Shown here piece after piece: positions 10,916 through 23,232 of a stretch of 64,000 nt of DNA (positions are counted from its first letter, which is position 1; each line of letters opens with the position of its first letter). The notes under the pieces are model-generated. The model was not told the DNA's origin and ran no database searches. It saw only the letters and a list, made by a program, of their open reading frames with translations. The position numbers and the translations under genes are program-made. The DNA comes from Dicyema japonicum (lineage: Eukaryota; Animalia; Dicyemida), in the NCBI GenBank assembly GCA_011109175.1, contig RDEW01000068.1, positions 145,900-209,899 of the forward strand, given 5' to 3'.

Positions 10916-11129
10916 TTAATAATTATGTTATCTCATCAATTTTAATTTATTAGTAAAACCGGACCCTTCTGGCTGGACGTAACGTTTAAAGAGGCGAGTC
11001 CTCGAGATTGGGTCCGAACTTATTTGAATATTGATTGAAATTAACGCCGTCCTGATGAGGCATTGGGATTGAAACCGTCAATGATAAGATTTTTTAAATT
11101 AATAATGTTGTTTTTGAATCTTTTGTTTC

Positions 11130-11255
11130 GCCGCGTTGCGCCATGCGATGCTACGTAGCTGTTTTTTAATCTGTTCCTCCTGTTCTACCTATTAGAGTGG
11201 CTTCATGTAATTCAGTTGTCAGGTAACGCCCAGTGCCAAGCTACTATATGGCAAG
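11130..11255 (+). mobile_element. Diverged 5' part of SINE family B
   Basis: ccgcgttgcgccatgcg...cctattagagtggc...cgcccagtgcca aligns with 9307-9445. Confidence 0.6.
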
Positions 11256-11464
11256 AAGAAATTTCGAATGCTAGCCGCAAGATTATCGACATTTCACCCA
11301 TTACCTTGGGGTTGATCAAAGAAAGGAATTTCATATCCAACAATTTGATTTTGGGAGAGTATAATGAGAAAATTGTTATAAGTGACTTTCCTGTAGAAAC
11401 TTCATTTGATATGAGCCAATGTTCCAACATACCAATATAACTTTGGAGTTTCATCCCTGCCTTC

Positions 11465-11680
11465 TCAAGGTCGACGTTTGGGTTTTCCAATGCTCTGAAG
11501 AGGACCTTATGTAAGTTTTTTAAGATCACCATCATCAACACCATACTTAGCAGACAAAAAAGGTCTGATAGTGCCCAAGTGAGTTGCCCATGTTTTCTCT
11601 GTCAACTCACCTAGGCAGTTGATTTATATATGTCATGCATTCGCATAAAGATGCACTCACTTAGTTGGAATATTCCGCAT
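11465..11680 (-). mobile_element. Internal fragments of the R4/Dong-like element
   Basis: LHKVLFRALENPNVDL and HLGTIRPFLSAKYGVDDG are nearly identical to about 8130-8305. Confidence 0.85.
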
Positions 11681-12110
11681 AGTTGAGAGATAGCAGAGGT
11701 GTACTCTCAATCAGAAACCTTAATTCCGTGTTTGTGCTCAATTAGCATGCTTTGGAGAGTAATTGTATTTTCATTAATATTTGTAAATATTTACTGACCA
11801 GTAATTGGTCAATTTGTCGGAAGGTTCAACTGGTGACGCAGCTCTGACACACTTAATATTTTCCTCATTATAACCTCTCGTACCCTTCTTAGTGGACTAG
11901 GAAGAAATCGGAAGTCGAAGAGGTTATTCTCATGTGCTTATATAATTATCTTTATAATAAATATCCAAGACCAATCGACTCCATTAGAGACAATTTGTCC
12001 AAGAATTTATTAAAATTATGTTTTTCGTCATAAATTCGTCCCAAAATTACTCGTGCAATTAGATTTGTCGTCATATTTTAATTTAAATATAAAATTTACA
12101 ATTAAAAATA

Positions 12111-12918
12111 ATGTTTTTAATATTTTTAGTGTTTTTGAGAAATGTAAAATTACTGTAATTCAAAGGGACAATCAATCTCCGAGGAGGATAAGCAGGCGTT
12201 TATTGACGCCCACAACAAATTTCGGAGACAAGTCAATCCCCCAGCAGCAAACATGAAGAAAATGGTAGAGATTTTAAGTGAAGGAAGGAATGGAACGAAG
12301 AATTAGAAGCACTAGCCACAGAATCCAGCAAAACATGCATTTACAAACACAGACATAAAGGGGAGAATATGGCTTATTCCACCTGTAGAAGTGCTCTGAT
12401 TATTATTTAAGGGTCTGAAACTCCCGAGGAAGTAATACAAAGGTTTTACAACGAATACAAATACTACTCACATGGCAATTCAAAATGTTCACACGTATGT
12501 GCCCACTACACGCAGGTTTACTCATTCGTGACCTAAGGTCGCCTGGGCGAATAGCGACAGTTTCGCTTGCAACACTCATTTTTGCGAGAATTTGCTTGTT
12601 AATAGTAGATACTTAAAGAGTTATGTGACCTTCTGTAATTACGCCCCAATGTTTGCTGTTTACGCAATTTAGTGGGAATACTGGGGGAAAGCCTTATATA
12701 GCAGGAACACCTTGTAGCATGTGCGATCAGGAAACCCCTAAGTGTGACGATAAACTATGCACGAGTAATATTGCGTACGGTAAGACGATTGACGACACAG
12801 ATAGTAGAGAAGTGGGGGATCTGAATAATGTGCCGAGTTATTGTTTGTTTTAATTTAAGAACTTACAAGCGGAGTTATTACTTTAGCCGGTCTCACATAT
12901 CCACTACTTGGTTATTAA
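12111..12918 (+). CDS. CAP/SCP-domain secreted protein (GLIPR1/PI16/venom-allergen-like) with hydrophobic C-terminal tail
   Basis: Spliced (introns 21, 23, 27, 22, 22 and 23 nt): AHNKFRRQVNPPAANMKKM/EWNEELEALA...GENMA...CAHYTQ/VAWANS...FCNYAP/GNTGGKPY..GTPCSMC...KLTSGVITLAGLTYPLLGY*. The last intron is inferred. Confidence 0.9.
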
Positions 12919-12964
12919 CAGTTCACTAATATTTACTAAAACTAATTCTTAAAGATTTTATTTA

Positions 12965-13556
12965 TTCAGGTGGACTATTGCGATTGGGTATGATTCACAC
13001 TCTCCACTTAGCTGGTGACAGTGGGCAGCCTCGAGGGACTCCATTTGGAAAGTAGCGAGATCTTGATTTGATGTTGTTGCGTCTTCCATTGAAGAAGTTT
13101 CTAAGCCAAAGTTTCATGTTCGGATGGATGTTGGTTTCAAATATTTTCTAGGGACTGAGTCGAACGCTTTTGTGATGTCCACGGATATAAGTACTGTCTT
13201 CAGATGGGGTTTGTGATAGTTAAATCCTTCCGAGGTGTGTTGTGGTCGAATGGTTACCCCGGAATCCGTGCTGGGTCGAAGGTATTGAAATTGAGTCTTG
13301 TACTTTTTCCAGAACAAGCCTTTCAAGGATCCTTGAGACCGAACTCAGAATAGATATTGGGCGGTAGGAAGATGGTTCATTTATTGGTTAGGTTTTCGAA
13401 TAGGTTTGATTAGAGACTTCTTCCATATTTCAGGAATTGTGTTAATGGATAGGTTGAATATATAGACTAATAGTTCAGGGTTCGATGGCCTAGGTGCTTC
13501 AGTTCACATGTGGTTATGTTGTCTGGCGAAATAGTAATAAAGATAATAAACCTGCT
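12965..13556 (-). mobile_element. Degenerate I-group LINE RT fragment
   Basis: ELKHLG, YRPISIL, ISVDITKAFDSV and FPNGVP motifs; homologous to 35395-35975. Confidence 0.8.
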
Positions 13557-14796
13557 AGTTTGATATGTTTCTTAGACGATCTATGTGATTCAATAAAAAT
13601 TGCTTTTTTGCAGTTACAGATGTCCCACATTTCTTTGTGAATTGGTAGAAAATTCATCATGATATTTTCTAAAACAGACTCAATCTTTTCAATTTCATTC
13701 TTGATTGAACGCGGCAACACAGTGAATGATGATAATGGATCCCACGCTAGTATTTTATTTAAAAACTAGAAAAATTAAAAAATAAAAATCAATAAAAATT
13801 TTGACTTTATTTTAAATTGAAATTTATTTCCAAAGACCACAGTTAAAGACAAAAACAAAAAATTATGTGATCCCGGCGAATTTCAATAGGACTCTCAGCT
13901 TGGCCCGGTGATCTTTCCTCGATCCAACACAAGCATGTAGTGGATCTAAAAAACTGGAATCGTTCTTATTCGCACCTCCTCCATTTCTGAACATAAAACT
14001 AAGTCTGGAAGATGTTGTTTGCAAAAATAATTTAAAAAAAATACTGGAATCACAACCACCAACACTTTGATTGTATGTTGTCCAGAAAATCTCCCGAAAG
14101 TGGATCCTGGCCCAACCACATTTCAAGCGGAGTATTGGAGACGTTTCTTTACGACGACTTGATTCATTTCAGAAAGAAGAGCAGTCATGCTAATTAATCA
14201 AAAAATCATGAGTGTTCTTAATTTTTGTTCTTTTTTGCTTGGATATGAGTCTCCGAGACGTTCCTTAGTGATGAATCAGTGATGACGTGGTCAATCTATA
14301 TTTTTTGCGCAAAAACTTAGCACTTTTCTCTATTTTCTAATTTATTGGCTTTCTCAGGTAAAATCCTTACTCTCTTAGTGATTAATGGGTCCAAGTACAT
14401 GAATACTGCCCCCGTAGATATAACTTTTTGTTACAACCAGGAAGATCTGTTAGAACTTTGACTTAATAGTCTTCATGAAATCACAGATTATGGACTGCTT
14501 CTGATAATTTCCCCCACGACCATCAGGTTTATCCCCATCTCTTACCAAACGATAGGTAGTAGGTTGAGGAATACGAGATTATTGAACCTCCATAATAAAA
14601 GATCATTTGCTTGAACCGAATTGTTGGAGACCCTTTCAAGGAATGATCCAGTAAAATGGAAAAGAGCAAATAGTCGACACTAAGGGACTCTAGAGTCAAG
14701 TGAACAAGGAACTCAACAAAGACTGAGAACCTATAAAGCTAATAAGTTGCCCAGTATCTCTGAACTATTATTAAATCCGTTAAATGCTAATTAATG

Positions 14797-17041
14797 TCAC
14801 ATCGCAAAAAGAGTATATTTTTGTAGGATTTGATTCTTTTCATCCACAAAAAAAATAGCATACAATTTAGTTCCAGTGATAATAAAAATAATGACGGATC
14901 CGTGGACGGTAAGGATAAGATAATCAATAAAGATCCCATAAATCGCGTCTGACTTGCCAAGACTGGGGAGATACATCACCCAAATCCCGAGAATAATAGC
15001 AACCCCAGCAATAATGGCCTTCACCTCGTTGTAGTTTTTGCTGCTCTTTCGCTTCAAGTAAGCAATATAGATGATGACAAAAAGGGGGAGAAATGTTATG
15101 ACGATGAGAAGCCAATAATTCAAATTACTTTTAAGACATAGGGGGTACTTATGCTTGACGAAGGTTTCAGTTTTGATATAATACTTCGTTCTCCCAGTGA
15201 AGGTGATTCCAAAGTAAAATATAGCCTGTATAGTTAAATATGGGACAAACGTGCAGGAAGATTAAAATGGCTGTGATAATAAAAGTAAATTTGGAGTCCT
15301 TTTTGAATACTCGGCTTTTCTCCTCATCAGTAAGGATCCTTACTAACATTTTGTTCCTGTAGATTTTCACAATTCTTACGAGAATCGACAAGTAAATAAT
15401 GGAGACTGAGAGATTGGGGAGGAAGTAATAAATCTGAGGTATTACAGCACAACATACCCAACATATTTTATTAGAGAGGAATGTGAACGTAAACACACCG
15501 GAAAAGTAGATCATGAATTTGGAGATAAAAAGGTTTACGTGGATGGACAGGTCAGTGTACACGAATAGCTTTGATTTTGACTTGGAAATGAAGATAATCA
15601 CGAATATAAAGATGACAATAAAGTCGGCCGTCATTATGTAAAAAATCGTTAGCTTAGAATTATTTGTAAGAATGTAGGTCGTAAAGTTAATTGTCCGACA
15701 CCTGAAAGTTACTACCAAAAAACTACGAATTTAAGAAATCTTTAGCAGGGATCATGTCATAAGGACATTTTTGGCATTTTTTCTCTGTTTCATTCACAAA
15801 TGAATTCTCTTCACATTTTATGCACCTAACGCATATGCTTGTCTCGATTACTTTCGCATGACCATACGGGCATTCCAAGCTATTTTTGGTTGAATCTACA
15901 TCCCCCATTATTTTTTTAACCCATGTTTTATCCGTGGATGATAATTCGTAGTGGATTAGATTTCCTAATGGGTCTGTTTGAGGGAAAATTATTATTTGTG
16001 AAATTTGTATTTTTCCATATTCCGTGAATGTTAGAGGAGGGTTTGTTATATTTGTTCCCTTTAGCATCTCCTGCATTATATTATCACACTGACTTTCTAT
16101 TTTTACTAAAACGAGTAACCCCCAGAACATCGTGTGAGAGCATTATTTGCAATGGAGATTGCTGCAATCAACATGATGCCTCTGTTGCCTTCCATGAATT
16201 TATCAATTCGAGGGAGTTGATGTGAAAGTCCAATATTGATGAAATTGTGGGATATTATGTACAGATTGGGGACTTTTCGAAAAGTCGACGTATTGAAGAC
16301 ATTTGTGGGGACAGCAATTATAATTCCCTTCGTATTGGCATTTACATAAGAATTTATATAAGGGGAGACATCCTCACGAATAAGGATAATAATTTCGTCA
16401 TCATTCAAATCCAAAGAAGATGGGTCTTTTGCTACGCACACTCCTTTTTTATTTAATTTTTTGACGAAATTTTCGACTTCTTTATCTCCATCAGTGAACA
16501 GTACGACTCTATTTTTTTTAGTTTTGTGGTAAATTTGACTGATGGTTTCTGCCAATTCGTCCGTAAATACGAAGAACGATAACTTGACTGTGAGTTGGGG
16601 ATCTTCAGATTCATTATCGAAAGAGTTCTGGTATTTAATTTCCTTTATCTCGATGCTCTTGTTTTTATACTCAATTCTGACTTTGCTTGGTTCTTTTACT
16701 ATACATTTTTTGATTTTAAATATATCCTGACTCCTCGATTTTACTGTTTGAAGGAGGTGCTTATTAATATAGTCTTCGATTTCTGATCTGATCTTCTCTC
16801 CCTCGCAATTCAACAGTACCTCTACGTTGATGCCAAATTTGTAAGCTTTTATAACATCATCAAGAAATATTTTCAATGAGGTTGTAGTATTTTTATCATA
16901 TTTTCCGTAGTGATGAATTTGAATTTGTATATTGCCACCTCCTACCATTAATCGGCACTTTTCGTCTTTGAGTCTGATGAATCGTACGCATTTTTCCCTT
17001 TGTCCACTCAGTTGTATAAAACATGCAACCACCCAGAACAT
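14797..17041 (-). CDS. Class C GPCR-like receptor (divergent ectodomain, Cys-rich domain, 7TM), left copy
   Basis: Four short introns (about 23-26 nt) join the ORFs into about 715 aa. Cys-rich CPYG...CVRCIKCEENSFVN...CQKCP, hydrophobic helices, RKSSKNYNEVKAI (class C NFNEAK-like) and TKLYAIFF (PKxY-like). Confidence 0.82.
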
Positions 17042-17289
17042 TTTGTCTTTTACGCAAGTAGCATTAATTATGGACTCATTTCAATATACTACCGTACATT
17101 AATTAATTTTCATAACTCACAAGCAGATAGACCAGTACTCCCTCCAAGGAATGATCCAGTGAAATGGAGGATAACAAATGATCCTTACTGGTATCATCTT
17201 GGCCCTGAGACAAATTAACCACCAATTTAGTGTTTTGACCCCCATTGAAGAGGAATATCCCGTTATCCAGAAGAATACAATACAAATTA

Positions 17290-17640
17290 AAGATAAATAT
17301 AAAAACATTTAAAAAAAATGTACAACATCTGGATAAGAAAGAGACATGTATCACTGAAACTTCGTGTCAGACTATACGACACGTTTATCAAGCCAATACT
17401 GATATACAATTCCGGAACATTGGGAACCTCAAAAATCGATTTAGAGAGGCTAGATACTTTCCACAGAAGCCAACTGCGCATACTGACTAAATCTTCTGGC
17501 CAAGAAAAATCTCAAACTAGAAACTATGTGCTCTATGTAAATCTACACCAATTAGTATGAACGTTATTCTATCGAGATGGCAACTATTTGGACATATTCT
17601 TAGAGTGGACCCGACTACGCCGTGTAACAGAATAATTGAA
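17290..17640 (+). mobile_element. RTE-like LINE C-terminal fragment (mirror about 53340-53680, minus)
   Basis: LYDTFIKPILIYNSGT...LDTFHRSQLRIL...RWQLFGHILR. Confidence 0.7.
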
Positions 17641-18158
17641 TAAATTTACTATAACCTGCTTGATTCAAACTACGACGCCTATCCAATTATATTATGAATT
17701 TTATCTAACACATGAAGGTTAGACCTATAACATTATTATTCAATAAGTGCCGATTAGTATAACGATTTGAATTCAAATGAATATTATAATTTAATAGTGA
17801 CTATATGCCAATATAATATAACCAATGCATGAACTACGACGCCTATACAATTATATTATGAATTTTATCTACTAGATGAAGCTTAGACCTATAACATTAT
17901 TATCGTTTATCCTCTCGCTATCGGAATTTCAGCAAAGAATCAGTTGAAAAGTATCGGGGGCAGAGGTAAATATAATTGTTACCAAGGTAGATCGTCCACT
18001 CCGGCTCTAAAAAAGTTAGCCAGCTAGAGTGAATGAAGTTGCTAGGGTGATTAGATTGTAGTTAAAATAGTCACTCGTAGTTAAGATGGAAGAGAGTGGG
18101 AAACTTAGTAAATCTACAACACATAATAGAGCCTGAACCAAACAAAAAAGTCACAAAA

Positions 18159-18873
18159 TCAACTGAGCATCTTTCTCCTCTGTTTCAGCATGTGGTTGTA
18201 AAGCGGGGGAAAGTCTGAAATGAAAAAAAAGAATACAAGGAATGTACGACAACATCAACAAGGCAATCACATAGTCAAATGTTACTTCAAAGTTGGCTGC
18301 ATTAGGCATAGTGAGTCCCCACCCACGTGCGTACTGTATAGTATTATAAAGAAGGAGTAGCTCACACTAGCATTATAAGCACAAGTACAGTCACTCCGAT
18401 TGGATACAAAACTATAAAGAAGGAGTATCTACACCACAAGAGAATCAAGGAAGACAACATCAGCAAGTTTATGGTGTACAACAGATAACGGATCACCTCG
18501 GAAAGTGACCATGCCATCAGTAGTGACTGTACAAGAAGATTATTTGGCCACGTGGGAACTGACTTGACAGTTACCCACCAAATAAAGAGACGGGAGGACA
18601 CTTGTAAAGTTGTAATAGAAGGACTAGATTTGACCAATCTGCTGTATGAGTGGAGTATCTGCAATAATTAAGTAGACTTACCTCCATAATGGCTAGGGTT
18701 TGGAATATTGAGACCGAATCTGAGAATTGTCTAGTTGTCGTAGTATTAACAAACGAGTAAAGTGTGGAATACAGAATATAAGACCACCTATAATACAGTA
18801 ATGTGGATAACCCTATGAACTGAGAAATGTTATAAAATAATAGATAAAAGTGACCCAACAAGGAATGTCCCAT
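18159..18873 (-). CDS. HACD: Very-long-chain 3-hydroxyacyl-CoA dehydratase (PTPLA/PHS1 family), left copy
   Basis: YLLFYNISQFIG/WSYIL...FQTLAIME/ILHS...LQVSSRLFIWW...AWSLSEVIRY...RYSFFIVLYPIGVT/CEL...FPPLYNHMLKQRRK; introns of about 22-24 nt. Confidence 0.9.
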
Positions 18874-18999
18874 TTTGAAAATAATATTATGTTTTTTATA
18901 TAAATATTTATTATTTTTGCTGTCAGTTATTATTAATCTTTTAAAATAATGGACACCATCCTTAATTTATAAGAATTTAATACTAATAATAATAATAAT

Positions 19000-20945
19000 C
19001 ACCCGATTATACGCTCGATATGTGTTTGTGTAAACATTGGGTAAAGATGAGATCTCTGCTGGAGAGTGTCGGGATTGCATGTTTAATGATACTTTGGTCT
19101 TTAGAATTTTCATTCATTCCGTCTCCGAGTCTGCGGGATAAGTAGGTCAGTCATATTAGGTCAGTCAATTAGAATTTTTGAACATTTCTCAGTTTGCAGG
19201 AATAGAGGAAACAAGGCATGGACACCAGGATCACTTAATTGAACGATAACTCTTATCTTCTTATGGTTTTGTGGTTAATAAATTAGTAGCAGTTTAATTC
19301 TCAGCTGTTCTCCTAAATACAATTGAAGGAAACGTTTTTCCTTACAATTTAATTAACTGTAAGACAATGAAGTCATCATACGGATGTCCCCCTTATATGG
19401 TCATCCTCAGCAGAGTCAATACATGCTTCCTCGACGACACAGAAGAATGGCAACCTATTTTATGGTCGTCCTTAATTTTATCGCCACACTAGATCCATTG
19501 GATAATATTTATGGAGTATTCGCTTTTGGCCGTTGCGTTTCGTCGCAAAAAGGGTGAAGATTTCGTTCTCGTCGAGCATTTTTGTTTGAGTTATTTCTCC
19601 TTCGTTAGCAAGTTCTTCTAATTTTCTTCAAAACAGAACCTTGCATATCTTCATTAGCAAATGAATCACATTTAATTGCCCCTGTCTTTTTGAAACAATT
19701 TTTATTGTGTCTTCTCTTACTTCATTCCGTGCGTGAGGTACCTGGATCCAATGATTGAAGATGAGCAGTTGTGTTTTTTGGAAGGAATAAAATTTCAATT
19801 TTCAAAAAATTTGGTTAAAACGTGGCTTGGAGCATTGAAAAAAATTTCAATTTCATCCATGAGTAGCAATACGTCAGGGTCAACTTCTTTAACATAATCA
19901 TGTTTGTCTATTCAAATTTCATACTCTGTTAGCTTCCCCATGAAGAACTTTTAGTTTAAGATTATATCTTCCCTTAAATCTATGAGCCTTTACTAAATTC
20001 AAGATCATTGGCTTTACATTAAATACCTTGCTTTTGAAATGATGATATCCTCAGACCATTGATTGCATCCATTCATCAAGTGAATTATCAACTTGGTGAT
20101 GCTTTCCACTTGGCTGTCTTGACATTTAATCGTATTTTCACAGTTTTCCCATTTTTCACAGTCTTTAATACTTTCTGATATTGTAGAAATTCCCAAATAA
20201 AGAAAATTAGTCATATTTTTTAATTCGACTTCTATGCACTGACATTCTTTCGCCGCCTTCTTCATCCTTTATTGTAAACATCACACTTTCGCATGATTCA
20301 ACTATTGTATTTTTGGTAGAGATTTGATCGTGCAATGGAAACCTTCTTTATTTTGATTACCGCCATTATCTTGTCGCATAATAACTTTGTAAATTTTGAT
20401 TTTGGGAAACTATAGAGCCTTTCACGGCCAAATGATTCAAATTATGAGTCTGATTGTCATTAATACAGAAATCTCATTCATTTTATCTTCAATTCACACT
20501 CTTCAATGGGAAGAACCGTAATTTTGATTTCCCACCTACATTTAAACGTCAAACTCCTCAAACGTGATATTCTTCGAAAGGGATCGCAAGAATATGCGCA
20601 TTCCAAGACAGGTTTGAGCTTCAAATCAACAAATTCTCTCAATAAATTCTCTTAGCTGAGCACGCATGTCTTTGTTGGTTGATTCGAGGAAAGCTGACAG
20701 TGAGTCAATGGCAATTGTGCTATTTTCCAAAGTTAAGTAGACGAAATATTGCAGTGAGTGATATCTTCCTAGACAAAAGCACATCTTTAGTCAGAAATGA
20801 CTCCGAACCGGTATAGATGATCTTGTTTTCCTGAATGTTAGGTCTAATCACGGTTTCCCATCAAACGTCTCAGGAACGGTCTTATTCATTTGATAGTTCA
20901 TTATTTCTTGAATCTCTTGAAAGAGTGACACGGACAATAATCCGC
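19000..20945 (-). pseudogene. Degenerate coding remnant of unknown product (mirror about 50065-51965, plus)
   Basis: Protein-like stretches (KNMTNFLYLGISTISESIK...) and tiny-intron-like segments, but several in-frame stops in both arms. Confidence 0.35.
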
Positions 20946-22173
20946 TAGTAATAATAACAACAACACCAGAGACCAAGGTTACACAAACTAACTAATCACG
21001 TGATCTCAGCACACTCCAACAAATAACTCAACTTGGCCCGATGCTCCTCTTTTGAGCCCACACAACCACGTATCGGCCGAATGACTGGACCTTAGTAGTC
21101 TGGAACTCTTATGTTGACGATTTAATGGTCGCAGCAAGAGACCAGTGTGTTCACACTTTGGATACTCACTTGCAAGGTCCACTTGACAACCTGAGCAGTT
21201 GGCTTATGAGGAACCTACTATATACAAGCCCTGAAAAGTCTTTTACAATGACCTTTACTTCAAATATAGGACTAACAAACTATGACCTTATGTAGTTTTA
21301 ACCAGGTTACTCGGTATCACGTACGACCCATCATAGCATTCAGTAAACATGTTAGCAACGTAATATTCTCCTCCCAACGAAAGCTTAGTAAAGACACTTC
21401 TAGATAGCATCTCCAAAATTCAGAAAAAGTATCTCATACATACAAAAAGTGCGTCGGTTCCAAGAAAGACTGCTGAGAAAGAATGAGACGGGTGCTTAAG
21501 GAGGCCGGGATCACCACGTATTCACCTTTAAGTGAGGTGAATCTTGGTTTTAATTAAATAAATTAAAATGACTAAACTCAATTAAATTAAAATTAAACTT
21601 TATTACAAATAAATTTTTAAAATAAAATATATCACGTGTCAGTATTGCCCGCCAAAAAACAATGAATATTTTTTGTAGCACGTGTTGACCTTCAAATTGT
21701 ATGACCTTCCACGTTCAAAACTGTCGCTTTAATGACATGTAATACGTGTTTACATTGCCATACTTCATTATTATGCTTCACTTGTTCACGCACCCATCAA
21801 TTGTATTATCGTTGACTATTGTTATAGCACGCAGTCAACTTTGTTTTCATTAACATTGGCGGTCAATGCAAACAATAACCTATTGATTTTTAGTATGTCT
21901 GTGTCCAACTCGCTATTCATCTGATCACTGATAGCAAAAAGGAAGAGCCAACCTCCTCTACAATTTGCAATGAAATCCGGTCTCACTAATGGCTATAATG
22001 GTTGTCGGTTTGTTTAATTTTGCTTATTTAAGTAGGAAACGAGGCAAGGAGGATAATGTTGACAATTATAACATTATGGTTTTAATAATTGCGATTAAAT
22101 ACCAAAATGGCTTTATTTGCGGTTTGGTTAATCGTAAAGTTAAAATGTACACATCGCAGCAAATTGTGTTTTT

Positions 22174-23232
22174 ATGATACGTCTTCCCTCTGATGTTCTT
22201 TTAAGACAGTATCCTACCACCTCTGGGTTTGCAGGTTCTCCCTATTTTAGAAATGAGCTCGATTTCCTCAGATATGTCTACGATATTGACTACGATTCCT
22301 ACTATGACTGTCATGGGATTAATTTTAATGCTGTCAGGCTCAGTGATGGCAAACTGGTCTGTCCTTATTTATAATCCCCAGGTTGTGATCAAAATATCAG
22401 AAATGGGCCCACACACCGTGAGGTTGTCGTTAATGCTTATTTGTAGGGCAATGGTGGCGAGATTCCTATGGAGATTGCCGTTAACATTCATTTGAAGGGA
22501 TCCAGCTTTAAAACCAAAATGCTTGAATTTTTTATATTCAAGGAATATTACATTATCATTATGGAACGTGCCAGACATACAGTTGGCCTCAAAGTCTTCA
22601 TCAGGGCTATTGACTCGCTGGCGGAGGTTGAAGTTTGTTATTTCCAGAAAATGGTGTCAATTTTATTATGCATTGTTTAGATTATTAGAATTATTGCCGA
22701 ACTGAGGGATTATGGGCTTCAACACAGGGGTTAAGTCTTGGGGACTTTAAATTTGACCTTCACAGGGCGACTTTGAAGATATGTGACCTGACAAATGTTA
22801 GGTTTAGCACAGACAGCTTCTTGTACCTCGGTTTGGTCAATTTGACTAATTTGAAGGCGATGGAGTGTACTCTCCCCCGAATGTGCCGATAATATGTCTG
22901 TGGACTACGACTCATTCATGTCCTGGAGTCTTGGGATTATCTTTTACATGCAATTTGTCAAGTCAAAACCCGACGATTTAATGACCGAAATTATTAGTGG
23001 GAACTTTAACCTTAATTTGAGCGAGGAAGCGGCCAAATATATTTCAAAGAGCCTGGCCATTGAACCAAGGAGGAGAATTAGTTTGGATGAGCACGTGAAC
23101 TACGAATGGCTTCACAGCAACTTTTATATATTCAAACAGATCTCCCCAGAAGAGGAATTGTCATACACTAAGTGTGAGAATATGCCAGAGGAGACTTGCT
23201 TTGTCTGTCAGATTCTCGAGGAATTCATTTAA
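22174..23232 (+). CDS. PIM-like protein (pseudo)kinase, left copy
   Basis: VVIKI, IPMEIAV, YIIIMER, HRGLSLGD, LKICDLT, GVYSPPEC, WSLGII and P.RRISLDE...EW. Four short introns. Two single-base deletions (about 22730, 22877) are absent from the right copy. Confidence 0.75.

Noticed and set aside
10815-10918. Long hairpin (AACGAG/CTCGTT, ATGGCTA/TAGCCAT) ending in a T-run, resembling a Pol III ncRNA
   Set aside because: The minus strand encodes the CRE-clade C-terminal motif WLRQKIGIAILRGNS, so a retroelement remnant explains it better.
17665-17905. Two ~70-nt direct repeats (and the 47283-47550 array) as CRISPR-like arrays
   Set aside because: Eukaryotic context, no unique spacers between identical repeats and no cas genes; these are ordinary tandem duplications.
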